The notes below the pieces were generated by a model. It was not told the DNA's origin, did no database searches, and saw nothing but the letters and a program-made list of their open reading frames with translations. A DNA stretch of 41,680 nt, from assembly GCA_040007155.1 (NCBI GenBank), contig JBDTVN010000001.1, positions 1 to 41,680 of the forward strand, in the 5' to 3' direction. The DNA comes from Chloroflexota bacterium (lineage in GTDB: Bacteria > Chloroflexota > Limnocylindria > Limnocylindrales > CSP1-4). A program made the translations under genes and the position numbers. Shown here in pieces: positions 7,273 through 16,228 of the stretch (within the stretch, counting starts at the first letter, position 1; each line of letters begins with the position of its first letter).

Positions 7273-8847
7273 GTGGTCTCTGGCGCTGTCAATCGTTACG
7301 ACGCGATCGTCATCGGCGGTGGCCATAACGGGCTGACCGCGGCCGCCTATCTGGCGCGCGCCGGCAAGCGCGTCGTCGTGCTGGAGAAGCGCAAGATCCT
7401 GGGTGGCGCCACCGTCACAGAGGAGATCTACCCGGGCTTCAAGTTCAGCGTCGCGTCGTACGTGGTCAGTCTGCTGCGGCCGGAGATCATCCGCGAGCTG
7501 GACCTGGTGCGCCACGGCCTGACCGTCCTGCCAGTCGATGGCACGCTGACGCCGCTCGACGACGATTACCTGTGGCGCGTTGATGACCACGGCGCGACCG
7601 TGCGCGAGCTGCGGCGCTGGTCGAAGCGCGACGCCGAGGCGTACGAGGAGTACGCGGTCCTGATGGCCGAGATGGCGCGCTTCGTCAAACCGTTGCTGGG
7701 CGAGACGCCCGGGCGCGTTGGTTCAAACCCGTGGGCGGCGCTGGCCAAGAGATTTGCCGCGCTGCCCGAGAGCCAGCAGACGACCTTCATCCAACTTCTG
7801 ACCATGTCGAGCGCGGACTTCGTCAGCCAGTGGTTCGAGACCGAGCCGCTGCGAGCGACGCTGTGCGCGAGTGGGATCATCGGCACGTTCCTTGGACCGC
7901 GCTCGCCTGGTTCGGCCTATGTCCTGTTGCACCACTACATGGGCGAGGTTGACGGCGAGTACCGCGCGTGGGGCCTGCCGGTCGGCGGAACAGGTGCCAT
8001 CAGCGGCGCGATCGGGGCCGCGGCGCGCGAATTCGGAGCCGAGATCCGCACCGACTCTGCCGTCGCCCAGGTCACGACGCGCGGCGGCAAGACGAGCGGC
8101 GTGTTGCTGGAGTCGGGCGAGGAGATTCGCGCACCGGTGGTGCTGTCGAGTGCCGACGTCCGCGTGACCCTGGGTCGATTGTTGGAGTCGGGCACGCTGG
8201 GTGAGGCGGATGCCGCCGCGGTGAGTCGGTACAAGTTCCGCGGCTCGTCGGCCAAGGTCAACTTCGCGTTGTCGGGATTGCCGACTTTCACGTGTCTGCC
8301 TGCCGGAACCACCGATGTTTACCGCGGCATGGTGTCGATCTCGCCGTCGATCGACTACATCGAGCGCGCCTACGACGATGCCGTGGACGGCCGATTCTCG
8401 CGCGAGCCTTACGTCGACATGGGCTTCCCATCCTTCGTCGATCCGTCGGTCGCGCCGCCCGGCCAGCACGTCATGGCCTGTTTCGTCCAGTACGCGCCAT
8501 ATGAGCTGGCCGAAGGGACGTGGGACGAGCAACGCGAAGCGCTGGGCGACACGGTTCAGAAGACGATCGCGCGCTATGCGCCAGATCTGAGCGCAAAAGT
8601 GCTGTACCGCCAGACGGTGACGCCGCTCGACATCGAGCGGACATTCGGCCTGACCGAGGGCAACATCTTCCAGGGCGAGTTGCTGCTCGAGCAGCTGTTC
8701 AGCGGTCGGCCCTTGCCAGGAGCGGGGTACGCCACGCCCGTGCCCGGGCTGTGGCTGTGCGGCTCGTCGACGCATCCCGGCGGCGCGATCAGCGGCGCCC
8801 CCGGACGCAACGCGGCGCGCGAAGTCCTGAAAAGCATGCGCCGATGA
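7273..8847 (+). CDS. FAD/NAD(P)-dependent oxidoreductase, phytoene-desaturase (CrtI)-related family
   Basis: GTG start. The N-terminal dinucleotide-binding motif is YDAIVIGGGHNGLTAAAYLARAGKRVVVLEKRKILGGA. The C-terminal LWLCGSSTHPGGAISGAPG is typical of the family. Confidence 0.85.
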   Translation: MVSGAVNRYDAIVIGGGHNGLTAAAYLARAGKRVVVLEKRKILGGATVTEEIYPGFKFSVASYVVSLLRPEIIRELDLVRHGLTVLPVDGTLTPLDDDYLWRVDDHGATVRELRRWSKRDAEAYEEYAVLMAEMARFVKPLLGETPGRVGSNPWAALAKRFAALPESQQTTFIQLLTMSSADFVSQWFETEPLRATLCASGIIGTFLGPRSPGSAYVLLHHYMGEVDGEYRAWGLPVGGTGAISGAIGAAAREFGAEIRTDSAVAQVTTRGGKTSGVLLESGEEIRAPVVLSSADVRVTLGRLLESGTLGEADAAAVSRYKFRGSSAKVNFALSGLPTFTCLPAGTTDVYRGMVSISPSIDYIERAYDDAVDGRFSREPYVDMGFPSFVDPSVAPPGQHVMACFVQYAPYELAEGTWDEQREALGDTVQKTIARYAPDLSAKVLYRQTVTPLDIERTFGLTEGNIFQGELLLEQLFSGRPLPGAGYATPVPGLWLCGSSTHPGGAISGAPGRNAAREVLKSMRR

Positions 8848-10406
8848 AGCGTTTCGACGCGATTGTTATTGGCGCTGGTCACAACGGGCTCGTGTGTGCC
8901 GCGTACGTGGGTTTGGCGGGACTGCGCGCCCTTGTCCTGGAGCGGCGCGACGTCGTGGGCGGCATGGCCGAAACGTCGGAGATCCTGCCTGGAGTACGCG
9001 TCCCGACTTTGGCGCACACGGTGGGCCGGCTGTCGGCGAAGGTCGGGCGCGACCTGCGGTTGCGGTCGCACGGGTTGGCGTTCATTGAGCCGAGCGTTCG
9101 CGTTTTTGCGCCGCGACCAGATGGCGGCGCGACTGTTTTGTGGGGTGACGCGAACAGGACCGTCGCCGGCCTTGGGGCTGACGGCACGGCTTATGCCGCG
9201 GCTGATCAGACGGTGCGCGAGTGGGCGAGCGCCCTGGCTGAGCTCATGGCGCGCGCTCCGATCGACCTCGCCGCGCCGTCTGTGGGCGACATATTCAGCG
9301 GGCTGCGACTGCGCGCGCGAACGCCGTCGGCGGACCTTTTGCGAGTCATGCCGATGGCCGTGCGCGACCTCGTCGGCGAGTGGTTCAAATCTGATGCGTT
9401 GCAGGCCGCAGTGGCCGCGCGCGGCGTGCTGCTGAGCGGTCTGGCGCCGCGCATGCCTGGGACGGCTGGCGTCCTATTGACTGACCTTGCCGGCAACGAC
9501 GGAGGGCTGGCTGGTCAGACCGTATTTGCGCGTGGTGGCCCGGGCGCCGTGAGCGCGGCGTTGGCTGCGGCGGTTCGCGCGGCGGGTGGCCAGATCCGTT
9601 TGGGCGCGGCGGTGACCAAGGTGCGTCGCGACGGCGAGCAGGCGCGCGGCGTGACCTTGGAAAGCGGCGAGGAGATAGACGCGCCGATCGTCGTTTCCAA
9701 CCTAGATCCGCGCACCACGTTGCTTGACCTGGTCGATCCCGAGGTGCTCGGCCCACGACTGGGTTGGCGGGCAGCCAACATCCGCGCCCGCGGAGTTACG
9801 GCGAAGGTCAACCTGGCGCTGAGTGACCTACCGGCGTTCGCGGCAACCCGTGGTGACGCGCAACTTCTCAAGGGCCGCGTCCTGATCGCGCCGTCGATGC
9901 GCTACCTCGACCTTGCCATGCGGCCCGCGAAGTTCGGGGCGATGGCCGAGCAACCGCTGCTGGAGCTGACGATCCCCAGCCTGTCCGACCCGAGCCTCGT
10001 CGCGCCCATCGGCCGCGGCAAGGCAGGCAAGGTCAAACACGTGATGAGCGTCATCGTCCAGGCGGTGCCCTACACATCGCGCGAAATCGGCGACGTGGTC
10101 ATCAGCACGCTGGAGGAGTACGCGCCCGGCGTCGGTGCCCTCGTGATCGAACGTCAGGTGATCACGCCGCGCGACATCGAACGCGACTACGGCGCAAGTG
10201 GCGGCCATCCCATGCACGCGGAGGTGGCGCTCGACCAGTTCTACGCCTGGCGGCCGCTCCACGGCTATGGCCGGTACCGCATGCCGTTGCGCGGGCTATA
10301 CCTGGCCGGCGCCGGCGCCCACCCCGGTGGTGGTCTGACCGGGTTGCCCGGCCGCCTCGCAGCCCAGGCAGTGCTCGACGACCGTGGTCGTAAGGTAAAG
10401 GCGTGA
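8844..10406 (+). CDS. second FAD/NAD(P)-dependent oxidoreductase, CrtI-related family
   Basis: ORF 8520-10406, trimmed to ATG 8844 (MKRFDAIVIGAGHNGLVCAAYVGLAGLRALVLERRDVVGG). The ATGA overlaps the upstream stop at 8845-8847. The C-terminus reads LYLAGAGAHPGGGLTGLPG. Confidence 0.85.
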   Translation: MKRFDAIVIGAGHNGLVCAAYVGLAGLRALVLERRDVVGGMAETSEILPGVRVPTLAHTVGRLSAKVGRDLRLRSHGLAFIEPSVRVFAPRPDGGATVLWGDANRTVAGLGADGTAYAAADQTVREWASALAELMARAPIDLAAPSVGDIFSGLRLRARTPSADLLRVMPMAVRDLVGEWFKSDALQAAVAARGVLLSGLAPRMPGTAGVLLTDLAGNDGGLAGQTVFARGGPGAVSAALAAAVRAAGGQIRLGAAVTKVRRDGEQARGVTLESGEEIDAPIVVSNLDPRTTLLDLVDPEVLGPRLGWRAANIRARGVTAKVNLALSDLPAFAATRGDAQLLKGRVLIAPSMRYLDLAMRPAKFGAMAEQPLLELTIPSLSDPSLVAPIGRGKAGKVKHVMSVIVQAVPYTSREIGDVVISTLEEYAPGVGALVIERQVITPRDIERDYGASGGHPMHAEVALDQFYAWRPLHGYGRYRMPLRGLYLAGAGAHPGGGLTGLPGRLAAQAVLDDRGRKVKA

Positions 10407-13400
10407 TCTGCTCGAACTGCGGTTCAGAAAACACGCCTGGCGCCAAGTTCTGCAACGAGTGCGGCGCGACGCTCAGTGCGGGCTGCCCCAACTGTGGCGC
10501 CACCAACAAGCCTGGCGCCAAGTTCTGCAATGAGTGCGGCACGACTCTTGGTGCCGGCTCAGCCGCCGCAACTGGACGGCCCGCCGCCAGTTCCAGCCAA
10601 CACACCGCGCCCGTCGCCGAGCGACGTCTTGTCACGGTCCTGTTCGCGGACATCGTCGGCTTCACGCCGTTCGCCGAGGACAAGGACGCGGAGGAAGTCC
10701 GCGAAACCTTGTCGCGCTACTTCGATATGTGCGCAGACATCGTTGCTCGCTACGGCGGCACCGTCGAGAAGTTCATCGGCGACGCCGTGATGGCGGTGTG
10801 GGGCGCACCGGTCGCGTTCGAGGACGACGCTGAGCGCGCGGTACGTGCAGCGCTTGAGCTGGTCGCGGCCGTGCCCGCCCTAGGCCCGGGCATACAGGCA
10901 AGGGGCGGCGTGCTGACCGGTGAAGCAGCGGTGACGCTCGGCGCGACGAACCAGGGAATGGTCGCGGGCGACATCGTCAATACCGCCGCTCGTCTGCAGT
11001 CGGTCGCGCCGCCGGGGATGGTGCTGGTCGGCGAGGCCACCATGCGCGCAACGAGCGGCTCGGTCATCTTCGAAGAGGCCACCGAGCAGCTGCTCAAGGG
11101 CAAACAGTCGCCCGTCATGTCCTGGCGCGCGGCACGGGTCGTGGCCGAGCGCGGCGGGCGCAACCGCTCGGACGCCTTGGAAGCACCGTTCGTCGGCAGG
11201 TCAGATGAGCTTCGCCTCCTGAAAGACCTGTTCCACGCCACCGGTCGCGAGAGGCGCATCCGCCTCGTCTCGCTCATGGGCCCCGGCGGTATCGGCAAGT
11301 CGCGACTCGCGTGGGAGTTCCTGAAGTACGTCGACGGCCTGGTCGAGACGACCTACTGGCACGACGGCCGCTCCCCGGCGTACGGCGAGGGCGTCACATT
11401 CTGGGCACTGGGCGAGATGATCCGCGGCCGCTGTGGCCTGACGGAAAGCGACGACGAAGAGACCACGCGCGCCAAGGTCGCGCAGCAGGTGCGCCAGTGG
11501 GTGACCGATCCGGATGAAATTGATTGGATCGAGAAGGCGCTGCTGACGTTGCTCGGCATCGAGTCGGGCATGGCCGCGGAGCAACTGTTCGGCGCCTGGC
11601 GCACATTCTTCGAGCGCATCGCCCAGGTGGGCACGGTGACGCTCGTCTTCGAAGACCTCCATCACGCCGACTCGGGCCTGCTGGACTTCATCGACCACAT
11701 GCTCGATTGGACGCGCGGCCTACCGATTTACGTCATCACCCTGGCCCGACCCGATCTGCTCGATCGAAGGCCGGATTGGGGTGCGGGCAAGCGCAACTTC
11801 ACCTCGCAGTACCTCGAGCCGCTCGACCAGCCGGAGATGCGCGAGCTTCTCGCGGGGCTGGTGCCCGGGCTGCCCGAGGAGGCCGCCGTGAGCATCGTCG
11901 GCCGCGCCGACGGCATCCCGCTCTATGCGGTCGAGACCGTGCGGTCGCTTGTTGCCGATGGCCGGCTCAAAAAAGAAGACGGCGTCTACGTGCCGGTGGG
12001 CGACCTGACCAACCTGGCTGTACCGGAGACGTTGACCGCGCTGATCTCATCGCGCCTCGACGCGCTCGATCCGGCCGACCGATCCCTGGTACACGACGCC
12101 TCCGTCCTGGGCCAGTCGTTCAGCGCGCAGGCGCTCGCCGCCATCAGCGGGGTCGACTCGGACGAGCTTACGCGGCGGCTGACCGGTCTGGTCCGGCGCG
12201 AGCTGCTGACCCGCCAGGCCGACTCACGCTCGGCCGAGATCGGTCAGTACGTATTTGTCCAGGCGCTCATTCGCGAAGTCGCTTACAACACGCTCGCCAG
12301 GAAGGACCGCAAGGCGCGCCACCTCGCGGCGGCCCGCTTCTTCGAGCAGCTCGGCAGCGATGAGCTGGCCAGCGCCCTCGCCGGGCACTATCTCGCGGCT
12401 TACGAGAACGCGCCCGAAGGCGCAGAGCAGGACGCGCTTGGCGCCCAGGCGCGCGTCGCCCTGAAGGCCGCGGCCGAACGGGCCGCCCTACTTGGCGGCT
12501 ACGACCAGGCGGTGACGTTCCTGCAGCAGGCACTCAAGGTCACGACGCAGCCGTCTGACCGCGCCGAAATCCTTGACCGCGCGAGCGAATGGGCCAGCAC
12601 CGCCGCGCAGCATGTTTTGGCGGCCGATCTCGAGCGCGAGGCGATTGCCATCTATCGCGAGCTGGGCGACAGGGTTGGCGCAGCGCGCACCACCGCGGCC
12701 CTGGGCTGGCGGCTGCTCAACGCGCACCTCGACAAGGACGCTCTATCCGTCCTGGAGCCGGGGCTTGAGGAATTCCTGGACCTTAACGACGATCTTGTGC
12801 TAGCGGAACTCAAGACCAACCTGTCGCGGGCGTACAACCAGTTCGCGCGCGAGCAGGGCCAAGCCAAGGCATTAGCGTTGGCCGATGAAGCTCTCGTCGT
12901 GGCCGAGCGCACCAACCATCCGCTGCTACTGGTCAGATCGCTGCTCAACAAGGGCGCTGCGCTGGGAACGACGGGCCGCCTACGCGAGGCGATCGCCCTC
13001 ATGCGCGCCGGCGAAGACATTGCGCGCGAACACAATCTAACGGAGCCCCTTCTGGGTTCGTTGTTGCTGCGCGGTTACTACCTGGGAGAGGTGAATAACG
13101 ATCAGGCGCGACAGTGCTTCGTCGACGGCCTCGCGCTTGCCCGCCGCGTTGGGCATCGCAGCTTTGCGCGCGAGTTTGTGAATAACATTGGGTACACGAG
13201 CTTCTTGACCGGCGAGTGGGATTCGGGCTTGGCCGAGATGGAAGGCGTTCTGGCCGAGGACGTGCCTACGAGCGGGCGCATCTGGCTGTTGAGCAACGCG
13301 CTGATCATCCACGTGTCGCGCGGCGAGGACATCTCGGCGAGGCTGATCGAGCTGGAGGAACTTGCCAAGCAGGTAGTAGATACGCACGTGGCCATCGCTC

Positions 13401-13936
13401 CTCTCGACACGCTGGCGAATCTGGCCCAGGCCGAGGGACGCCTCGACGATGCGCAGCGTTTCTGGTTGGAGGTTGTCGAGAACTGGTCGAGCCAGGCTCC
13501 GGCGTCCTACTATCAGGCGGCGCGCCCGGCTCTGTGGTCGCGCGACATCGACGCGGTGCGACGCTACTTCGAGGGCCTGGAGCAGACCGGCGTCCACGGG
13601 CCGGTCGTAGAAGCGCGGCGCAATACTCTGCGGGCCGGGATAGCGGCACTTGAAGGTAGGTCGCGCGAGGCACTGGCGATCTACAAGGAAGCGCTCGCGA
13701 GCTGGCGCGACCTCAAGGTCGTTTGGGAGGAGGCCCTGACCGGCCTGGACATGGCCACGGTGCTCGATCCAGCCGACCCGGCGGTCGCGGCTGTCATCCG
13801 CTCGACGCGCGAGATCCTGACTCGCCTGGACGCGAGGCCTTACCTCGAAAAGTTGGAGGCCGCCGCAGGCCGCGCGAAACCGCAGATGGCGGCCGCCGCG
13901 CGACCCGTCGAATCTGGGGTAGCGGAGACCGCTTAG
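10403..13936 (+). CDS. multidomain signalling protein: double zinc ribbon + class III adenylate/guanylate cyclase + P-loop NTPase + TPR-like repeats
   Basis: The GTG start overlaps the upstream TGA (GTGA). The N-terminus has CSNCG..FCNECG and CPNCG..FCNECG. The cyclase domain reads RRLVTVLFADIVGFTPF...EKFIGDAVMAVWG...GDIVNTAARLQ. Walker A is LMGPGGIGKSRLA and Walker B-like is VTLVFEDLHHAD. A long helical-repeat C-terminus follows. Confidence 0.9.
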   Translation: MICSNCGSENTPGAKFCNECGATLSAGCPNCGATNKPGAKFCNECGTTLGAGSAAATGRPAASSSQHTAPVAERRLVTVLFADIVGFTPFAEDKDAEEVRETLSRYFDMCADIVARYGGTVEKFIGDAVMAVWGAPVAFEDDAERAVRAALELVAAVPALGPGIQARGGVLTGEAAVTLGATNQGMVAGDIVNTAARLQSVAPPGMVLVGEATMRATSGSVIFEEATEQLLKGKQSPVMSWRAARVVAERGGRNRSDALEAPFVGRSDELRLLKDLFHATGRERRIRLVSLMGPGGIGKSRLAWEFLKYVDGLVETTYWHDGRSPAYGEGVTFWALGEMIRGRCGLTESDDEETTRAKVAQQVRQWVTDPDEIDWIEKALLTLLGIESGMAAEQLFGAWRTFFERIAQVGTVTLVFEDLHHADSGLLDFIDHMLDWTRGLPIYVITLARPDLLDRRPDWGAGKRNFTSQYLEPLDQPEMRELLAGLVPGLPEEAAVSIVGRADGIPLYAVETVRSLVADGRLKKEDGVYVPVGDLTNLAVPETLTALISSRLDALDPADRSLVHDASVLGQSFSAQALAAISGVDSDELTRRLTGLVRRELLTRQADSRSAEIGQYVFVQALIREVAYNTLARKDRKARHLAAARFFEQLGSDELASALAGHYLAAYENAPEGAEQDALGAQARVALKAAAERAALLGGYDQAVTFLQQALKVTTQPSDRAEILDRASEWASTAAQHVLAADLEREAIAIYRELGDRVGAARTTAALGWRLLNAHLDKDALSVLEPGLEEFLDLNDDLVLAELKTNLSRAYNQFAREQGQAKALALADEALVVAERTNHPLLLVRSLLNKGAALGTTGRLREAIALMRAGEDIAREHNLTEPLLGSLLLRGYYLGEVNNDQARQCFVDGLALARRVGHRSFAREFVNNIGYTSFLTGEWDSGLAEMEGVLAEDVPTSGRIWLLSNALIIHVSRGEDISARLIELEELAKQVVDTHVAIAPLDTLANLAQAEGRLDDAQRFWLEVVENWSSQAPASYYQAARPALWSRDIDAVRRYFEGLEQTGVHGPVVEARRNTLRAGIAALEGRSREALAIYKEALASWRDLKVVWEEALTGLDMATVLDPADPAVAAVIRSTREILTRLDARPYLEKLEAAAGRAKPQMAAAARPVESGVAETA
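10436..10543 (+). repeat. intragenic tandem duplication encoding the two zinc-ribbon knuckles
   Basis: cctggcgccaagttctgcaacgagtgcggcgcgac (from 10436) recurs 75 nt later as cctggcgccaagttctgcaatgagtgcggcacgac (from 10511). Only two mismatches are visible. Confidence 0.8.
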
Positions 13937-14901
13937 CCCTTGTTGTGGCGCGCGTCGTCCTTGCGCGCCGGTATCGTGTCGAGGTCCCACGACCATGAGC
14001 TCAACCGCTTGAGCAGTCGCCGCGCCGTCAGGTCCAGCTGGATAGGCGTGACGGCGATGCGCTTGTTGACGACAGCGTCAAAGTCGGTGCCTGGCTCCGC
14101 CAGCCCGGTCGGAGGCGGCCCGCCCAGCCAGTAGTAGGGCGTGCCGCGCGGATCTATGCGCTCGATCAGCTCGTCCTGGTAGATGCGTTTGCCCATGCGC
14201 GTGACCTCGACCCCCTGACACTCCTCGACCGCGATTCCGGGCACGTTGACGTTGATCAGCTCGCCCGGTTCCAGGCCGTTCTCGAGGATGTTGACGGCTG
14301 TCCGATAGGCGATCAGTCCGGCCAACGTGAAGTCGGGATTCTCGTAGTACTCCTGCGAGATAGCGAACGCAGGCACATTTGAAAGCACGGCCTCCATAGC
14401 GGCGCTGACCGTGCCCGAGTAGGTGATGTCGTCGCCCAGGTTGGCTCCGTAGTTGATGCCCGATGCGACCAGGTCGAAGCCGATCTCGAAAATGCCCAGC
14501 AGCGCGAGGCTCACGGCGTCGGTCGGCGAGCCATCGGCCGACCATCCGGGTGAGCCATCGGCCAGCGTCCGTTCGCGGACGCGCAAGGGGCGCATGAAGG
14601 TCTTCGTGTGGCCGACGGCCGATTGGTTCGTGTCGGGCGCGAGCACGTAGACATCGCCCAGCGGCTCGAGCGTCCGTTTCAGCGCGAGCAGGCCGCGTGA
14701 ATCGATGCCGTCGTCATTGGTGACGAGGATGCGCGGTCGCGACTCCCATTCGGCCAGCGGGCGGGCCATTCTTGGTCGCGCGCGCGGCGCATGCTTGGGG
14801 CGCTCCCTGCGCGCGACTGGTTCGCCGCGGTCGCGGTCGACATCGCGCCGTTCGAGACGATCGATTTCGCGCGCCTCTCCTTGTTTGTCGCGCGGCCTCA
14901 T
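13933..14901 (-). CDS. surE: 5'/3'-nucleotidase SurE
   Basis: ILVTNDDGIDSRGLLAL...APDTNQSAVGHT...GINYGANLGDDITYSGTVSAAMEA are SurE family blocks. The start is ambiguous. ATG 14901 overlaps the upstream stop (ATGA) but adds a 44-aa Arg/Asp/Glu-rich extension. The alternative ATG at 14769 (MARPLAEW) gives a canonical length. Confidence 0.85.
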   Translation of the reverse strand: MRPRDKQGEAREIDRLERRDVDRDRGEPVARRERPKHAPRARPRMARPLAEWESRPRILVTNDDGIDSRGLLALKRTLEPLGDVYVLAPDTNQSAVGHTKTFMRPLRVRERTLADGSPGWSADGSPTDAVSLALLGIFEIGFDLVASGINYGANLGDDITYSGTVSAAMEAVLSNVPAFAISQEYYENPDFTLAGLIAYRTAVNILENGLEPGELINVNVPGIAVEECQGVEVTRMGKRIYQDELIERIDPRGTPYYWLGGPPPTGLAEPGTDFDAVVNKRIAVTPIQLDLTARRLLKRLSSWSWDLDTIPARKDDARHNKG

Positions 14902-16220
14902 TGAGCCGTCTCGGCCGGCCCCCGTGTGTGCTTGCCCGTCGGTGGCGCGTCTGGCTCAGTGGCGGAATCGGTGACGCTCGCTACCGGTGCCTTGGGCACT
15001 CTGACGACGCGTCCCTCGCGCTCGCCTACGCGTTGTGCCGCGCGCGTGGTCACGTCACGCGGCACGTTGGCGTTGCGCGCCAGGTAGTGCTGCACGAAAG
15101 CGGCAATGATCGCCGCGACCGGCAGCGCGAAGATGGCGCCGGCGAAACCGGCGATCCTGACGCCAACGAGCACGGCGACCAGGACCACGACGGGGTGGAT
15201 GCCTACGGCCTTGCTCATGATTCTTGGCACAAGGATGTTGCCCACCACGAACCAGCCGATGCCGACCACGATGAGGGTCGGAATTACGGCCTCTGGTCTG
15301 GTCAGCGCGGCGACTACGACGGGCGGCGCCCACGAGAAGATCGGCCCGAAGAACGGGATGAGTTGCAGGATGCCCGACAACGCGGCCGACGCCGGCAAGA
15401 ACTCGAGCCCGAACAGCAGGTGGGCCAGTGTCACGACGGCCGCCATGACCAGACCCTGGATTGCCTGGCCGCGGATGAAACCGCCGAAAGAGGTCGACAC
15501 GCTCGACTCGAAGAGGCGCGCCGTCTGGCTGTAGCGCGGCGGCACCAGCCGGTTGACCCAAGCCAGCATCCGCTCCTGGTCGAGCACGATGAACAACGAC
15601 AGGAATATGACGATCAGCAGGTTGCCGACAATGCCCAGGCTGAAAAGCGCTAGGTCGGTCAGTGGCCCGACGAGCTTGTCGCCCAGGTTGCCCAGGTTGC
15701 CCAGGAGGTCCTGCGCCGCCTTGACGAGGTCGACCTGGAAGCCCAGTCCGGCGAGGCCGCTCTGGATCCCGGCCAGCGTCTCCGGCAGGCGTGCCTGGAG
15801 ATCGGGCAGTTCGGTCACGAAGTTGGCAATCGAGCTGGCGAGACTGCCGGCGACGACAAGGGTGATCGCCGACAGAGCCAAGAAAAGCAGCACGTAGATC
15901 GCACCAACGACGGCGACACGCGGCAGCTTGGGAAACGCACGCAGGATCAGGCCGACCAGCGGCGAGAGCATGAACGCGAGCAGCCACGCCAGCAGCAGGA
16001 TCAGCAGGATGTCGTAGAAGAAAAGGATGATCACGCTGACCTGGGCGAGCAGCACCAGCGCCAGCACGATCGTGCCGAGCACCAGCGCAGCGTGCAGCCA
16101 GCGCCGTTCCGACTCGGGCAGCTGGATTTCCATCGCCGCGCCAGTGTAGTGCCGACCTGGGACCCGGAATTCCCTCGGTTGCCAGTTGAACTGAGGTAAT
16201 CGCCGGCTCGTTTGCGACAA
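14898..16220 (-). CDS. AI-2E family transporter (PerM/UPF0118-like permease)
   Basis: Multiple TM segments plus the family block FGGFIRGQAIQGLVMAAVVTLAHLLFGLEFLPASAALSGILQLIPFFGPIFSW. An alternative start is ATG 16133 (MEIQLPESERRW). Confidence 0.8.
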   Translation of the reverse strand: MSQTSRRLPQFNWQPREFRVPGRHYTGAAMEIQLPESERRWLHAALVLGTIVLALVLLAQVSVIILFFYDILLILLLAWLLAFMLSPLVGLILRAFPKLPRVAVVGAIYVLLFLALSAITLVVAGSLASSIANFVTELPDLQARLPETLAGIQSGLAGLGFQVDLVKAAQDLLGNLGNLGDKLVGPLTDLALFSLGIVGNLLIVIFLSLFIVLDQERMLAWVNRLVPPRYSQTARLFESSVSTSFGGFIRGQAIQGLVMAAVVTLAHLLFGLEFLPASAALSGILQLIPFFGPIFSWAPPVVVAALTRPEAVIPTLIVVGIGWFVVGNILVPRIMSKAVGIHPVVVLVAVLVGVRIAGFAGAIFALPVAAIIAAFVQHYLARNANVPRDVTTRAAQRVGEREGRVVRVPKAPVASVTDSATEPDAPPTGKHTRGPAETAQ

Positions 16221-16228
16221 TCGGCGGG

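Noticed and set aside
7273-10406. The two CrtI-family genes as the carotenoid/retinal supply pathway for the heliorhodopsin, and as typical CarH/LitR targets.
   Set aside because: No crtE, crtB, crtY or blh/carotenoid oxygenase is in the window. The GGGHNGL-type N-terminus is typical of the broad 'phytoene dehydrogenase-related' oxidoreductase group with unknown substrates. They are coupled to a cyclase gene and not to carotenoid genes. This cannot be excluded, but it is unsupported.
10436-10543. A near-perfect 35-nt repeat 75 nt apart, considered as a possible mobile or regulatory repeat.
   Set aside because: Both copies are in frame inside the 1177-aa ORF and encode the PGAKFCNECG knuckles of two consecutive zinc ribbons. 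This is an intragenic domain duplication and not an independent element.
10403-13936. The cyclase/P-loop/TPR giant as an antiphage STAND (Avs-like) or cyclic-nucleotide defence system.
   Set aside because: There is no nuclease, TIR, SIR2 or effector partner and no neighbouring defence genes. This architecture is a common chromosomal signalling family in high-GC bacteria. I have no sequence evidence for a defence role.
16134-16228. A T-box or other riboswitch upstream of trpS, and likewise upstream of thrC at 17527-17807.
   Set aside because: The trpS leader is under 100 nt, which is too short for a T-box. I could not find the T-box consensus or a specifier-loop arrangement in either region. 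The thrC region is kept only as an unclassified structured or operator-bearing region.
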